Assembly: GCA_016185525.1 (NCBI GenBank)
Contig: JACPNK010000004.1
Coordinates: 17,712-73,978, forward strand
Reading direction: 5' to 3'
Source of the DNA: Candidatus Yanofskybacteria bacterium
GTDB taxonomy: Bacteria; Patescibacteriota; Minisyncoccia; 2-02-FULL-40-12; IGHO2-12-FULL-4
Length of the DNA: 56,267 nucleotides
Shown: piece by piece, positions 27,611 to 36,830 of the stretch
Layout of the letters: every line of letters starts with the position of its first letter
Position numbering within the stretch: the first letter of the stretch is position 1
The notes under the pieces: model-generated
What the model saw: only the letters and a program-made list of their open reading frames with translations
Databases searched by the model: none
Told to the model about the DNA's origin: nothing
Translations under genes and position numbers: made by a program

Positions 27611-28016
27611 AGCTTAAGGTCTAAAGACTAAAGTCTAAGGCTAGAAATTAAAGATTTAATTTTAGAAGCCAACAAACAACTGTCTTTATAAAAACCGTCA
27701 AATTCGCTTTTCACAATAAAATTTAGATCTAAGGAAATATATAATCCGGTTACGGTTTCGTTAAGTGATCCCAAAGAAATTCTTAGAAATCTTTTAAACT
27801 CTGGGTCCGACTTCTTGTCACTACCTTCCGCTATATTTAAAGCTATGGAAACTGCCGCTCGTCTTAATTGGCTTGTTAGTCCAAAAAGTTCGCTCTTTGG
27901 AAACTTACCTGTAATTTTATAAATATCGGCACTAAACTTTTTTGCTAATTTCCAAATTTCTAAATTCTCAAATCGATAATACATGCCTTAGTCTTTCGTC
28001 ATTAGACTTTAGTCTT
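27611..28016 (-). mobile_element. Candidate element: heptamer-repeat inverted arms bracketing a four-helix-bundle gene
   Basis: The 5' arm AAGACTAAAGTCTAATGACGAAAGACTAAGGC ends at the ATG. The 3' arm GCCTTAGACTTTAGTCTTTAGACCTTAAGCT contains the stop codon. It sits between nusG and rplK. Confidence 0.65.
27628..27984 (-). CDS. Four helix bundle protein (23S rRNA IVP family, TIGR02436/PF05635-like)
   Basis: FENLEIW, FPKSELFGLTSQLRRAAVSIALNIAEG, FLRISLGSLNE. Confidence 0.95.
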   Translation of the reverse strand: MYYRFENLEIWKLAKKFSADIYKITGKFPKSELFGLTSQLRRAAVSIALNIAEGSDKKSDPEFKRFLRISLGSLNETVTGLYISLDLNFIVKSEFDGFYKDSCLLASKIKSLISSLRL

Positions 28017-28562
28017 TTATAATTTCTTAATCTGCAAAAAGTCCAATTCAACCGGTGTCTCTCTGCCAAACATCGTCACTAAGACCTTGATTCTGCCACG
28101 CTCTTCATCAACTTCCGAAACTCTGCCGTCAAAGTCCTTGAACGGACCGTCTGTAATTTTGACGTTATCGCCTACCACAATATCAAACTTATACTTGGGC
28201 TCGTCCACGCCCGTTCTTTTTATGAGGGCCTCGGCCTCCTCTTTTGACAAAGGTGTCGGAATAACACCGGCGCCGATAAAACCGGTAACGTTCGGCGTGT
28301 TTCTGACGACATACCACGAATCATCGGTAACAATCATCTCAACCAAAACATAACCCGGAAAAATTTTTTCTTCAACCGTCTCTCTCTTACCGCCTTTTAT
28401 TTTTATCTTTTTCTCCTTGGGCACCAAAACATTAAAAATCTTGTCTTCATACCCTAAAGACTCAATACGCTGTCTCAAGCCGTTGGCAACATTATCCTCA
28501 TAACCTGAATAAGTATGTATAGCATACCAATGTTTTTCCCCGGTTGTAGCTTGCTTTGCCAT
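28017..28562 (-). CDS. nusG: Transcription termination/antitermination factor NusG
   Basis: WYAIHTYSGYE, FPGYVLVEM, VRNTPNVTGF, MFGRETPVELDF. Confidence 0.99.
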   Translation of the reverse strand: MAKQATTGEKHWYAIHTYSGYEDNVANGLRQRIESLGYEDKIFNVLVPKEKKIKIKGGKRETVEEKIFPGYVLVEMIVTDDSWYVVRNTPNVTGFIGAGVIPTPLSKEEAEALIKRTGVDEPKYKFDIVVGDNVKITDGPFKDFDGRVSEVDEERGRIKVLVTMFGRETPVELDFLQIKKL

Positions 28563-28573
28563 TTTTATTAAAC

Positions 28574-28740
28574 TCAGCGTAGTGTCTGTTGCTTTTGGAG
28601 GCTCTGAAAGCTGTGGATTGCATGGTTGCGAGCAGTATAATGTTGCAAAGCAACTGCGAGCAAATCCACAGCTTTCAAAGAGTGCAGCTTTCCCGCTGGG
28701 GAAAGCAAACGTCCGGAAAAAGTAACAGACACGAAGCTGA
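28574..28740 (+). ncRNA. Long rod-like structured element between secE and nusG
   Basis: Stems GTGTCTGTTGCTTTT/AAAAGTAACAGACAC and TGAAAGCTGTGGATT/AATCCACAGCTTTCA, with apical AGTATAATGTT. Confidence 0.6.
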
Positions 28741-28743
28741 CCA

Positions 28744-28926
28744 TTATCTTAAAAATATTTTGTTCAACAGAAAAGTAAAAACAGCATCTAGGCCGCCTAA
28801 AAATGCCGCCACAAACAAACTTAAACCAATCACAATACTTGTGTATTTTATAGTCTGCTGTTTTGTCGGCCAGTCTACCCGGCCCAATTCACCTCTAACG
28901 TCTTTAAGAAAACCAGGAACATTCAT
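28744..28926 (-). CDS. secE: Preprotein translocase subunit SecE
   Basis: ELGRVDWPT followed by one TM segment; directly upstream of nusG. Confidence 0.95.
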   Translation of the reverse strand: MNVPGFLKDVRGELGRVDWPTKQQTIKYTSIVIGLSLFVAAFLGGLDAVFTFLLNKIFLR

Positions 28927-29012
28927 TTTTTCTATTTTAAAACCCCTCGCGGGGGCTTATTTAATTAACCCCAGTATAGCACCCGGCAAACCATAAAGTC
29001 AAGTTTACGTTA

Positions 29013-31091
29013 TTATACATCTAGGTTTTTGACATTCTTAGCGTGAGTCTGGATAAATTTCTTTCTTGGCAAAACTTCACTGCCCATAAGAGTGTCAAAA
29101 ACTTCGTCAGCTAATTCGGCATCCTTCATGGTGACCTGAAGCAAGACCCTATTTTCCGGATTCATCGTCGTTTCCCAAAGCTGTTCGGGGTTCATCTCTC
29201 CAAGACCCTTGTATCTCTGCAGAATGATTCCCTTCAATTTGGCGGGACTCTCTTCAAACGCTTCAATTTCTTCTCCGGCTTTTCCGTTAATTTCACTAAC
29301 CTCCCATTCTCCCTTTTTTATTTTTTGAGCTTTTTCAGCCGGCATAAGTTCTTTCGAAATCTTTTCTTTCGCTTCGTCGTTATAAGCATATCTTACCTCG
29401 CTACCCTTTTGCAAACGGTACAGCGGCGGCTGGGCGATATAGATATGCCCGGCAGAAATTAACTGCGGAAAATATCTGTAAAACAAAGTCAAAAGCAGAG
29501 TACGAATATGCGAACCATCGCTATCAGCATCAGTCATAATAACAACTTTGTGATAACGCAATTTTGTGAGGTCAAACTCCTCGGCAATAGCAGTACCGAT
29601 GGCAATAACCAGCGATCGGATTTCTTCGTTGGCCAGCATTTTGTCCAAACGAGCTTTTTCTACATTTAAAATTTTACCCCGCAAAGGAAGAATGGCTTGG
29701 GTTCTGCGACTTCGACCTTGGGTTGCGCTTCCGCCGGCTGAATCACCCTCTACAATAAACAGTTCCGATTCTGACGGATCACGACTGGAACAATCTCGTA
29801 GTTTGCCCGGCAAAGTGAAGCCCTCCATAGCGCCTTTACGAATAACTGTCTCGCGAGCGGCTTTAGCGGCAATTCTAGCTTTGGAGGCCAAAATCACTTT
29901 TTCCAGCATCCCGCGGGCATCTGAAGGATTTCTTTCCAGCCAGTCAGGAATCTCCACGTTTAAAACACCCTCCACCGCCGTCCTGGCTTCGGGATTGCCC
30001 AACTTGGCCTTGGTTTGTCCCTCAAATTGCGGCTCTCTTAATTTTACGGAAACAACAGCAGTTAAACCCTCTCTGATATCGTCTCCGGTCAAATTTTCGT
30101 CTTTATCTTTGAGATAGCTGTTTTTGCGCGCGTAGTCATTCAAAGCTCTGGTGATAGCCGAACGAAAACCGGTAATGTGCATACCGCCTTCTAATGTGTG
30201 AATATTGTTGGCAAAGCCCATTTCTTTGCCTTGAATATCATCAGTGTATTGAAAACCGACTTCCACCTGCATATCTTCCAAATCTTTGGAAACATAAAAA
30301 ATGTTTGGATGCTTCGCTTCCTCCTTGCGGTTCAGGAAATATTTTATGTAAGAAACCACGCCGCCTTCAAAGTAGAAGCCATGGCTCAAGAAAAAAGTTG
30401 ACTCTTCGTTATTTTCTGGCCTAACAGATTTTATAGGCAAACGCTCGTCGGTGATATTGATCTTAACCCCCTTTATCAGATAAGCCTGCTGGCGCAAGTG
30501 AGTAATAATTTTATCCCAATCCCAGTTAATTTCTTTAAAAATTTCCGGATCAGGCTGAAAAGTTACCGTTGTCCCAGTCTTATTGGTCTTACCAACTTTT
30601 TTAACCGCCGCCAAAGGTTTGCCTCGTTTGTATTCTTGGGCAAAAACATCCGGTTTGCGGTTGACTTCCACTTTCATCCAAGAAGACAAAGCGTTGACCA
30701 CAGACAAACCGACACCATGCAAACCGCCGGAAACTTTGTAGGCCGAATGGTCAAACTTACCGCCGGCGTGAAGCATGGTCGCCGCCACCTCCAAAGCTGA
30801 CTTTTTAATCTTGGGATGAGTATCCGTAGGAATACCACGGCCGTCGTCTGATATGCGCACCTGGTTTTCGGGCAGAAGAGTTACGGTGATATTTTTAGCG
30901 TGACCGGCGAGAGCTTCATCATATGAATTGTCAAAAATTTCCCACAATAAGTGGTGCACGCCCTCTGCGCCGGTTGAACCGATATACATACCCGGTCTTT
31001 TCCTGACCGGTTCCAAACCCTCCAAAACATCTATATCAGCGGCTGTGTAGCCGCCTTTTTTTCCGCCAGCCGGCGGACTTTTTTCTGCCAT
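29013..31091 (-). CDS. gyrB: DNA gyrase subunit B
   Basis: VRKRPGMYIG, LHAGGKF, VEGDSAGG, PLRGKILNV, QRYKGLGEMNP. Confidence 0.97.
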   Translation of the reverse strand: MAEKSPPAGGKKGGYTAADIDVLEGLEPVRKRPGMYIGSTGAEGVHHLLWEIFDNSYDEALAGHAKNITVTLLPENQVRISDDGRGIPTDTHPKIKKSALEVAATMLHAGGKFDHSAYKVSGGLHGVGLSVVNALSSWMKVEVNRKPDVFAQEYKRGKPLAAVKKVGKTNKTGTTVTFQPDPEIFKEINWDWDKIITHLRQQAYLIKGVKINITDERLPIKSVRPENNEESTFFLSHGFYFEGGVVSYIKYFLNRKEEAKHPNIFYVSKDLEDMQVEVGFQYTDDIQGKEMGFANNIHTLEGGMHITGFRSAITRALNDYARKNSYLKDKDENLTGDDIREGLTAVVSVKLREPQFEGQTKAKLGNPEARTAVEGVLNVEIPDWLERNPSDARGMLEKVILASKARIAAKAARETVIRKGAMEGFTLPGKLRDCSSRDPSESELFIVEGDSAGGSATQGRSRRTQAILPLRGKILNVEKARLDKMLANEEIRSLVIAIGTAIAEEFDLTKLRYHKVVIMTDADSDGSHIRTLLLTLFYRYFPQLISAGHIYIAQPPLYRLQKGSEVRYAYNDEAKEKISKELMPAEKAQKIKKGEWEVSEINGKAGEEIEAFEESPAKLKGIILQRYKGLGEMNPEQLWETTMNPENRVLLQVTMKDAELADEVFDTLMGSEVLPRKKFIQTHAKNVKNLDV

Positions 31092-31206
31092 AAGTTGAGT
31101 AAATTTAACTCTCTAATTATATCAAATTTAAAAACAAAAACAAGTCAGGCACTTTTTGAAAAAGTGCCTGACAAGCCAAAAATAGACCTGTTTTAAGTTA
31201 ACTTAT

Positions 31207-32337
31207 TTATCTAATTTCCGCTCCAAACTGCTTAGCAGTTTCCCGGTAAATTTTTTCCTGAATCGGGTCAATTTCACTTGTCTCTAAAGTCCTTTCGTTT
31301 GAACGATATGTTATCCTGTAAGTATAACTCTTTTTGTCAGCGCCGAATTTTTCGGCGTTTTCGTAGCTGTCCAGCAACTTAACTTCTTCCACCAAATTAC
31401 CTCCCAAGTCCCTGATTAAATCAAAATAATTATTAGGCACGAAATCTTTTTTAACTACAAAAGAGATATCGCGGGTTATGGCCGGATATTTTGAAACCTC
31501 TCTATATTTTTTTCCGAGTTTTAATTGTTTTTTAACCCTTTCGTCTTCCGACCACAAAAGCCTAATATCGGGCAAATCCATGCTGGCCATAGCCAACCTC
31601 TCTAAACCAAAACCAAAGGCCCAGCCGTGATAGCCGGTTAAACCAAAATTTGCCAAGACGCTTTTTCTGGCCATGCCGGACCCTAACATTTCCATCCATT
31701 GCCCGTTTATCTCCGCCTCCATCTCAAAGCTTGGGTCGGTGTATGGGAAATTGTGCTCGTAGAAACGAAAATTAACGTCGCCGAAAATACTTTTGGCTAT
31801 TTCCGAAAGCGCATTTTTTAAATCATCGGGAGTAATTTTTACTTTATCGTCGGGACCGATATAGAGTCCGCCGAATTGATGAAAGACATTCATGTGTTTT
31901 CTGTCTATCTCATCTTTGCGGTAAACTTTTCCATGACACAGCACTCCTAAAGTTTCTTTATTCTCAATTCTCTTCTTAATCGTCTCGTCATTTAAATAAT
32001 AGTACCAAAAAACTGTATCGTGAGTTCTAAGAACATGATTTTCATCAATATAGTAAGTGTCCGATTTACTGCGGGCGGGATGGCCTTCGGGCATATTGAA
32101 AAGGTCAAACAAAATATGAGTGGAAACGATTTCTGGTACTTTAATAATGTCAAATCCATCCAAACTTTTGACTTTAGATGCCCGGTCAACAATTTCTTTT
32201 AAGGGACTCCCTTGTGTCCGCGACAAATCCGGCATATTCAAAAAGCGCTTCAAGCGAAGCCCTTCTGCATCCTGCCGACTTTCCAATTCTTTTTTTATCT
32301 TCTCCTCTTCTTTTGAATCTATAACGATTGTCTTCAT
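31207..32337 (-). CDS. pheS: Single-chain phenylalanine--tRNA ligase (catalytic alpha domain plus C-terminal FDX-ACB), organellar-like architecture
   Basis: HPARSKSDTYY, LRTH, VYRKDEIDRKH, FPYTDPSFE, AFGFGLERLAM, then SKYPAITRDISF...YRSNERTL. Confidence 0.9.
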   Translation of the reverse strand: MKTIVIDSKEEEKIKKELESRQDAEGLRLKRFLNMPDLSRTQGSPLKEIVDRASKVKSLDGFDIIKVPEIVSTHILFDLFNMPEGHPARSKSDTYYIDENHVLRTHDTVFWYYYLNDETIKKRIENKETLGVLCHGKVYRKDEIDRKHMNVFHQFGGLYIGPDDKVKITPDDLKNALSEIAKSIFGDVNFRFYEHNFPYTDPSFEMEAEINGQWMEMLGSGMARKSVLANFGLTGYHGWAFGFGLERLAMASMDLPDIRLLWSEDERVKKQLKLGKKYREVSKYPAITRDISFVVKKDFVPNNYFDLIRDLGGNLVEEVKLLDSYENAEKFGADKKSYTYRITYRSNERTLETSEIDPIQEKIYRETAKQFGAEIR

Positions 32338-32377
32338 ATCGGAGTCTTGTAAATGAGTTTAGCAATATTTGCTAAAC

Positions 32378-32680
32378 TCATAAATACCTTCTAGTAAAAA
32401 ATAGGCTAAAAATTAAAATTGTAGTCAATAGCCCCCACCAAAAAGACGACTTAAAAGCTTCGTTAAAAGGTTGTCTTTTAGACCAAAGACAGCGGATAGA
32501 CAGAAATACAAAGCTAAAAATTCCCCACAAAGCTATAAAAAAAGAAACAAAGAAAATGGCTTTTTCCAACTCACCTGTCTCAAAAGGGTCTACCTTGAAA
32601 ATTATTATGCCAAGCGCCGCTACGGCAAAAATTGTAGCAACAACAACACCGCTAAACAAGGTTCTGTCTCCAAAGATCAT
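32378..32680 (-). CDS. Small three-TM membrane protein
   Basis: Three hydrophobic segments; extended -10 box 6 nt before the ATG. Confidence 0.75.
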   Translation of the reverse strand: MIFGDRTLFSGVVVATIFAVAALGIIIFKVDPFETGELEKAIFFVSFFIALWGIFSFVFLSIRCLWSKRQPFNEAFKSSFWWGLLTTILIFSLFFTRRYL

Positions 32681-32937
32681 GCAAAGATTCTAGCAAAAAA
32701 ATTTATAAAAAAACAGTCGCTTATCCGACTGTTTCAGTAGACGACACCGAGATAAAGCGGAGGAACAATGCTGTGAAAAATATCGCGAGATTCATTTTCT
32801 GACAAAATCTTCTCCTTTTTAAAACAACCCAACCCCCGCGAATATACTTCAAAAAAAACAAAAGTGGCAAGAGTAGCGCAAAGATATGAGGGATTACTAA
32901 CGCAACAAAAAAGCCGACTTGTTAGTCGGCATGGTTA

Positions 32938-33255
32938 CTATAACTCTACAACCGTAACCCCACATCCAGGAGGAGCATTTTTATTAAACTCATCCTCCGT
33001 CACAGAATTTATTAGTTCACGAGCTGTTAAAGGATTGAAAAGTTCTTTCAAGGGAAATAGTTTTCTAACCTCTTTCCCTGTGGGGCTATCCTCGGCTTTC
33101 AGGCCAACGGTAGCCACGCCACCATCTACTGAAACCAATTTGTAAGTAATCGGGTCGTCTGGATGAGCAACCGTCTTACCAGGAAGCAACCCCTTCTCTT
33201 GAGCGACTTTTTGGGCTCTTCGAACAGCCTCTGCGACAATGGTTTTGTCGTTCAT
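32938..33255 (-). CDS. Hypothetical protein
   Basis: 105-aa ORF followed by hairpin GCCGACT..AGTCGGC. Confidence 0.65.
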   Translation of the reverse strand: MNDKTIVAEAVRRAQKVAQEKGLLPGKTVAHPDDPITYKLVSVDGGVATVGLKAEDSPTGKEVRKLFPLKELFNPLTARELINSVTEDEFNKNAPPGCGVTVVEL

Positions 33256-33349
33256 ATTTTTTCTCTTTTTTTAAGAAATAACAAAACAATATCACATCGT
33301 GGTAGCATTGTCAATTTAGTTTTGGAAATTAAAAAGCGGCTATTCACCG

Positions 33350-33553
33350 CTAAAAAGATGGCTTGCCCTGATCCTTATCACATAAATCAATTTGAGCATC
33401 TGATATTGAGTCTAGATTTGGAACAGAAGAAATATGTTTTTCGCAAAACCAATTCTTACATTTACCGCACTGTTTCAGCTTATCTGATGTTATATCTTCA
33501 CGACATTGGTAACAGTAGCCATCCTGTTGAGTGTTTGCCCTGAAAGTTGCCAT
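33350..33553 (-). CDS. Small Zn-finger-like protein (AN1-like pattern)
   Basis: CYQC...CGKCKNWFCEKH. Confidence 0.5.
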   Translation of the reverse strand: MATFRANTQQDGYCYQCREDITSDKLKQCGKCKNWFCEKHISSVPNLDSISDAQIDLCDKDQGKPSF

Positions 33554-33774
33554 TCTTCCGACCCCCCCTAAATATTAAACAACTAAAAAGTAAAATATAC
33601 CCAATCGGTGTATTTTACAAGATGCCAACTTTGTCTCATTTGTACATTCGGCCTACTGACCTCAGTACTTCCTCACCTTCGTTCGTCAGTTGCGGGGGGC
33701 TTAGTTGGCATTTGTTAATACCGAGTATCAAAAGAAATTTATCAGTTTGCGGGTTTATAAAATAAAACAGAGCT

Positions 33775-34257
33775 TTATGCTCTGATGTTTTTGATGAAAT
33801 CTCTAACATTGTTCGGAAGATAGCCGTCAACCGCTTCATTATTAAGAATTAATTCCCTGACGGCAGTAGAACTCATATGAAAGTGTTCTTGTCTGGCAGG
33901 TAAATAGATCGTAGTAAGACTTGGCGCAATCTGTTTATTAATCAAAGACATTTGAAACTCATACTCAAAATCCATTGTCATTCGTAAGCTTCTAACAATA
34001 AATTTTGCGCCTATGGACTCTGCAAAACGCACAAGTAAACCGCTAAATTGAGACAATTCAACGTTCGGAAACTTATTGGCTAGTTTCATCATTTCTGACC
34101 TTTGCTCCAAAGTGAACATTGGCTTCTTGGTTGGATTAATACCAACTGCCCAAATAACCTTGGAGAATATCTGTGAGGCATCCCCTACCACATCAAGATG
34201 TCCATTGTGAACTGGATCGAACATTCCCGGGTAAATTGCAACTGTGTGTTGTTCCAT
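33775..34257 (-). CDS. coaD: Phosphopantetheine adenylyltransferase
   Basis: IYPGMFDPVHNGH, KKPMFTLEQR, DFEYE, SSTAVRE. Confidence 0.95.
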   Translation of the reverse strand: MEQHTVAIYPGMFDPVHNGHLDVVGDASQIFSKVIWAVGINPTKKPMFTLEQRSEMMKLANKFPNVELSQFSGLLVRFAESIGAKFIVRSLRMTMDFEYEFQMSLINKQIAPSLTTIYLPARQEHFHMSSTAVRELILNNEAVDGYLPNNVRDFIKNIRA

Positions 34258-34268
34258 TTCAGCCTCCC

Positions 34269-34667
34269 TTACAATAAGAATTTGATAACAAGCCATAAGC
34301 TCAAAAGATGAAATGTGTTATCAGTTACAGCGTAAACAAGTGACGTAAAAGCAACATCAAATTCTCTGTATTGATCTTTGGAAAGATATGCGGCTTCAAA
34401 TGTTCTGCCCTTAATAAATTTTAACCAGACAGATGCAAGCGACCAGCGATCTATTATCCAGTGAGGAATAAAAATTACCAGCCAGACCCAAACATTGGAT
34501 GTCCAGAGCATCAAACCAACTGATACTGTGTAAGTAATGACATGCCGAGAACAGGCCTCAATGCCGAGCCAACCTTTGGCCGATTTGTTTAAGGCCATAT
34601 ATTTTGTTTGAAAAAGATAATCACCGATTAAGTGTCCCAGAAGAGCAAGAATGAATAATTCTGCCAT
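34269..34667 (-). CDS. DUF3307-family membrane protein
   Basis: LGHLIGDYLFQT..MA..K, HWIID, DNTFH. Confidence 0.85.
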   Translation of the reverse strand: MAELFILALLGHLIGDYLFQTKYMALNKSAKGWLGIEACSRHVITYTVSVGLMLWTSNVWVWLVIFIPHWIIDRWSLASVWLKFIKGRTFEAAYLSKDQYREFDVAFTSLVYAVTDNTFHLLSLWLVIKFLL

Positions 34668-34740
34668 TTATTCTTCTCCTAATTTTCAAGTTGCTAAGTA
34701 AAAACAAAATACCACGAAATTGGTATTTTGTAAATATCTT

Positions 34741-34898
34741 GTTGCGGGGAGGGTTTGGTTTCGCCTCTCCTTCGGACCCCGGCAAAAACCCGGGGAGCCC
34801 AATAACGGCTCCCTTCAAATCCCACTTTCTACAAAATTAAGAAAACTAAAAGCACCCTTCGATAAACTCAGGGCACTTTTAGTTTTCTTATGTTGCGG
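34741..34898. repeat. Second copy of the tRNA-fMet 3'-end/hairpin module
   Basis: GTTGCGGGGAGGGTTTGGTTTCGCCTCTC...TTCAAATCC...IR...TTTTCTTATGTTGCGG; the same layout as 36831-37046. Confidence 0.8.
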
Positions 34899-34985
34899 AA
34901 CTGTTACGTTGGCATCAAGTAATACTAAATATCAAGATCAAGGAAATCTATCAGTTTAGTTTTGCAAATTAAAAAGCGGGCGAGA

Positions 34986-35177
34986 TTATCGCACCGCTGG
35001 TCGTTCCCTAGCTAATTTATTGTAAACTCTAGGGCGATGTATTTTTAGATGTTCCAATAACTCAGACCAACTCAATTCATTCTTGTGCATAGTAAAAAAT
35101 TTCTCAATATCAAGACGAGAATGATGTCTATTCCTGACAAAACTATTGACCATTGACCACTGCTCAAGCTCATTCAT
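34986..35177 (-). CDS. Small hypothetical protein
   Basis: 63-aa ORF with GAGG upstream. Confidence 0.45.
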   Translation of the reverse strand: MNELEQWSMVNSFVRNRHHSRLDIEKFFTMHKNELSWSELLEHLKIHRPRVYNKLARERPAVR

Positions 35178-35371
35178 TATCCATACCTCTTTTTCAAGAA
35201 ACTAAAAACCGTGCCTTATGATAGCATGGCTTTAGTTGGATGTCAACATTCCTTGGTTGCGGGGACAATCAATCGTTGGAACCACTTTAGCATGCAAAAG
35301 ATTGGTAGAAAAGGTGTTTAAGTATTACTTGAGAGAAAAATAAAAGAGGCTTTATGCCTCGATTTTTACTA

Positions 35372-35740
35372 TTATCTTTTGAAGTTTTCAGTAACTTCTT
35401 TGAATATGTTTGCGGTAGAGAAATGGTGACCGTCCACAAGTTCAACAATCTTGTCTTTTTGCGGATGGTTGTAGATGTAATTTTCACTATTACACTTAGG
35501 ACACACAATATCGCAGGTTTCAGTCTTGCTATAATTCCAATAATCTCCGCCAGTACACGAATATGGCTCTACGTACCATCTGTCTTGAATAAAAGACCAA
35601 GTACCCAATCTACTTTTTTTGTGGCACTTAACATACTTTACTAAAATCCTTTGAATTACTTGCAGTTTTTGTTTCAGAACGCCAACTCTATCATTATCTA
35701 ACTTATCCAGTTGACGCTGAAGTGTTGTGATAACAGCCAT
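35372..35740 (-). CDS. Hypothetical protein with CxxC motif
   Basis: 122-aa ORF, CTGGDYW...CPKC; SD GGAG. Confidence 0.7.
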   Translation of the reverse strand: MAVITTLQRQLDKLDNDRVGVLKQKLQVIQRILVKYVKCHKKSRLGTWSFIQDRWYVEPYSCTGGDYWNYSKTETCDIVCPKCNSENYIYNHPQKDKIVELVDGHHFSTANIFKEVTENFKR

Positions 35741-35911
35741 TAAAACTCTCCCAAGTTCTTAAATTTCTAATCAGAATATTAGTATTTTAAATCACTGCAG
35801 TCAACGTCCTCATTGTCACTCACGACACTTGTCCGTCCGAAGCCTTGACGAAGAAGGATTCACCAGGTTCACTATCTTTAAAGTTTTGAAGGAAGATGAT
35901 AGTATCTGAAA

Positions 35912-36544
35912 ATGCCATACATTTTGTTAGATGAATCTGGTGATTTGGGATTTTCTTTTAGGAAGGGCTCTTCTAAGTTTTTTATTGTTACTATAATTTT
36001 CACTGAATCAAAGAGAAATTTGGAGAAAATTGCCAGAAGAGTTCATAAGACATTAAGGAAGAAGTTTAAGAAAGTCGGCGTTTTGCATGCCTACAAAGAA
36101 GCATCGATAACTCGACAGAGGTTACTAAAAGATTTAGCGAAAACAGACTGCGGTATTTTGTTGGTAATTTTAAATAAAAAAAAGGTTTTTACAAAGTTAC
36201 AAGACGAAAAGTCAGTTTTATATAACTATGTTACGAATATTTTATTGGAGCGCTTAATGAATAAGAAGCCTATCCCTATTGATAAACCCATTATTCTTAT
36301 TGCCGCTCAAAGAGAAACTAACAAATTCCTGAACGAAAATTTTAAGAGTTATTTGTCTAAACAAATTAACAATAATCACAAAATTTCACTAAAGGTAGAG
36401 ATTGCTACTCCAGCGGAAGAGAAGTCGTTACAAGTAGTTGATTTTGCTTCTTGGGCGATATTTCGTAAATATGAGTTCGGAGATGATAGTTACTATAATT
36501 TGGTCAAAGTGAGAATTATCGAGGAAGCATCACTTTTCCCCTAA
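35912..36544 (+). CDS. DUF3800-family protein (RNase H-like fold)
   Basis: N-terminal YILLDESGDLG and C-terminal LQVVDFASWAI. Confidence 0.92.
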   Translation: MPYILLDESGDLGFSFRKGSSKFFIVTIIFTESKRNLEKIARRVHKTLRKKFKKVGVLHAYKEASITRQRLLKDLAKTDCGILLVILNKKKVFTKLQDEKSVLYNYVTNILLERLMNKKPIPIDKPIILIAAQRETNKFLNENFKSYLSKQINNNHKISLKVEIATPAEEKSLQVVDFASWAIFRKYEFGDDSYYNLVKVRIIEEASLFP

Positions 36545-36610
36545 AAACAAGGCCCCGCCGCTTGAATGAGACGCCTTACGGTATCCCAACGGTGAGGTCT
36601 TACTTGTTAA
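36543..36610 (-). ncRNA. Candidate small structured RNA convergent with the DUF3800 gene
   Basis: Promoter TTGCAT-18-TACAAT with extended -10 (36644-36615). Stem AGACCTCACCG/CGGCGGGGCCT, inner CC-GTAA-GG tetraloop, U-tract end. Confidence 0.55.
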
Positions 36611-36830
36611 TCCTATTGTATCACAATATAGGTCCGTAATGCAAATTCTGTTGATAAAGTTAGAACCGCTCTTAAAGGATTCAAAAAAACAAGCATTTCC
36701 TTGAAGGAAACGTATACTTACATTTCTGAAGAGCAAATAAATATAGTATCTGAAAGTTCTAGGTTAGAACTTTCAAGTAATGGCGTGGATAAAAGAAAAG
36801 AAGGCATTTCGGTGCCTTCTTTTCCGTCTC

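Noticed and set aside
27628-27984. Complete DGR based on the Avd-like gene
   Set aside because: No reverse transcriptase or template/variable repeat pair is visible in the window.
28589-28996. 135-aa plus-strand ORF
   Set aside because: Overlaps secE antisense and the hairpin element; no recognisable protein features.
29566-30800. Plus-strand ORFs within gyrB
   Set aside because: Antisense shadows of a conserved gene.
32938-36830. Prophage or integrative element next to tRNA-fMet
   Set aside because: No integrase, terminase, capsid or relaxase gene recognised; only att-like repeats, which are reported separately.
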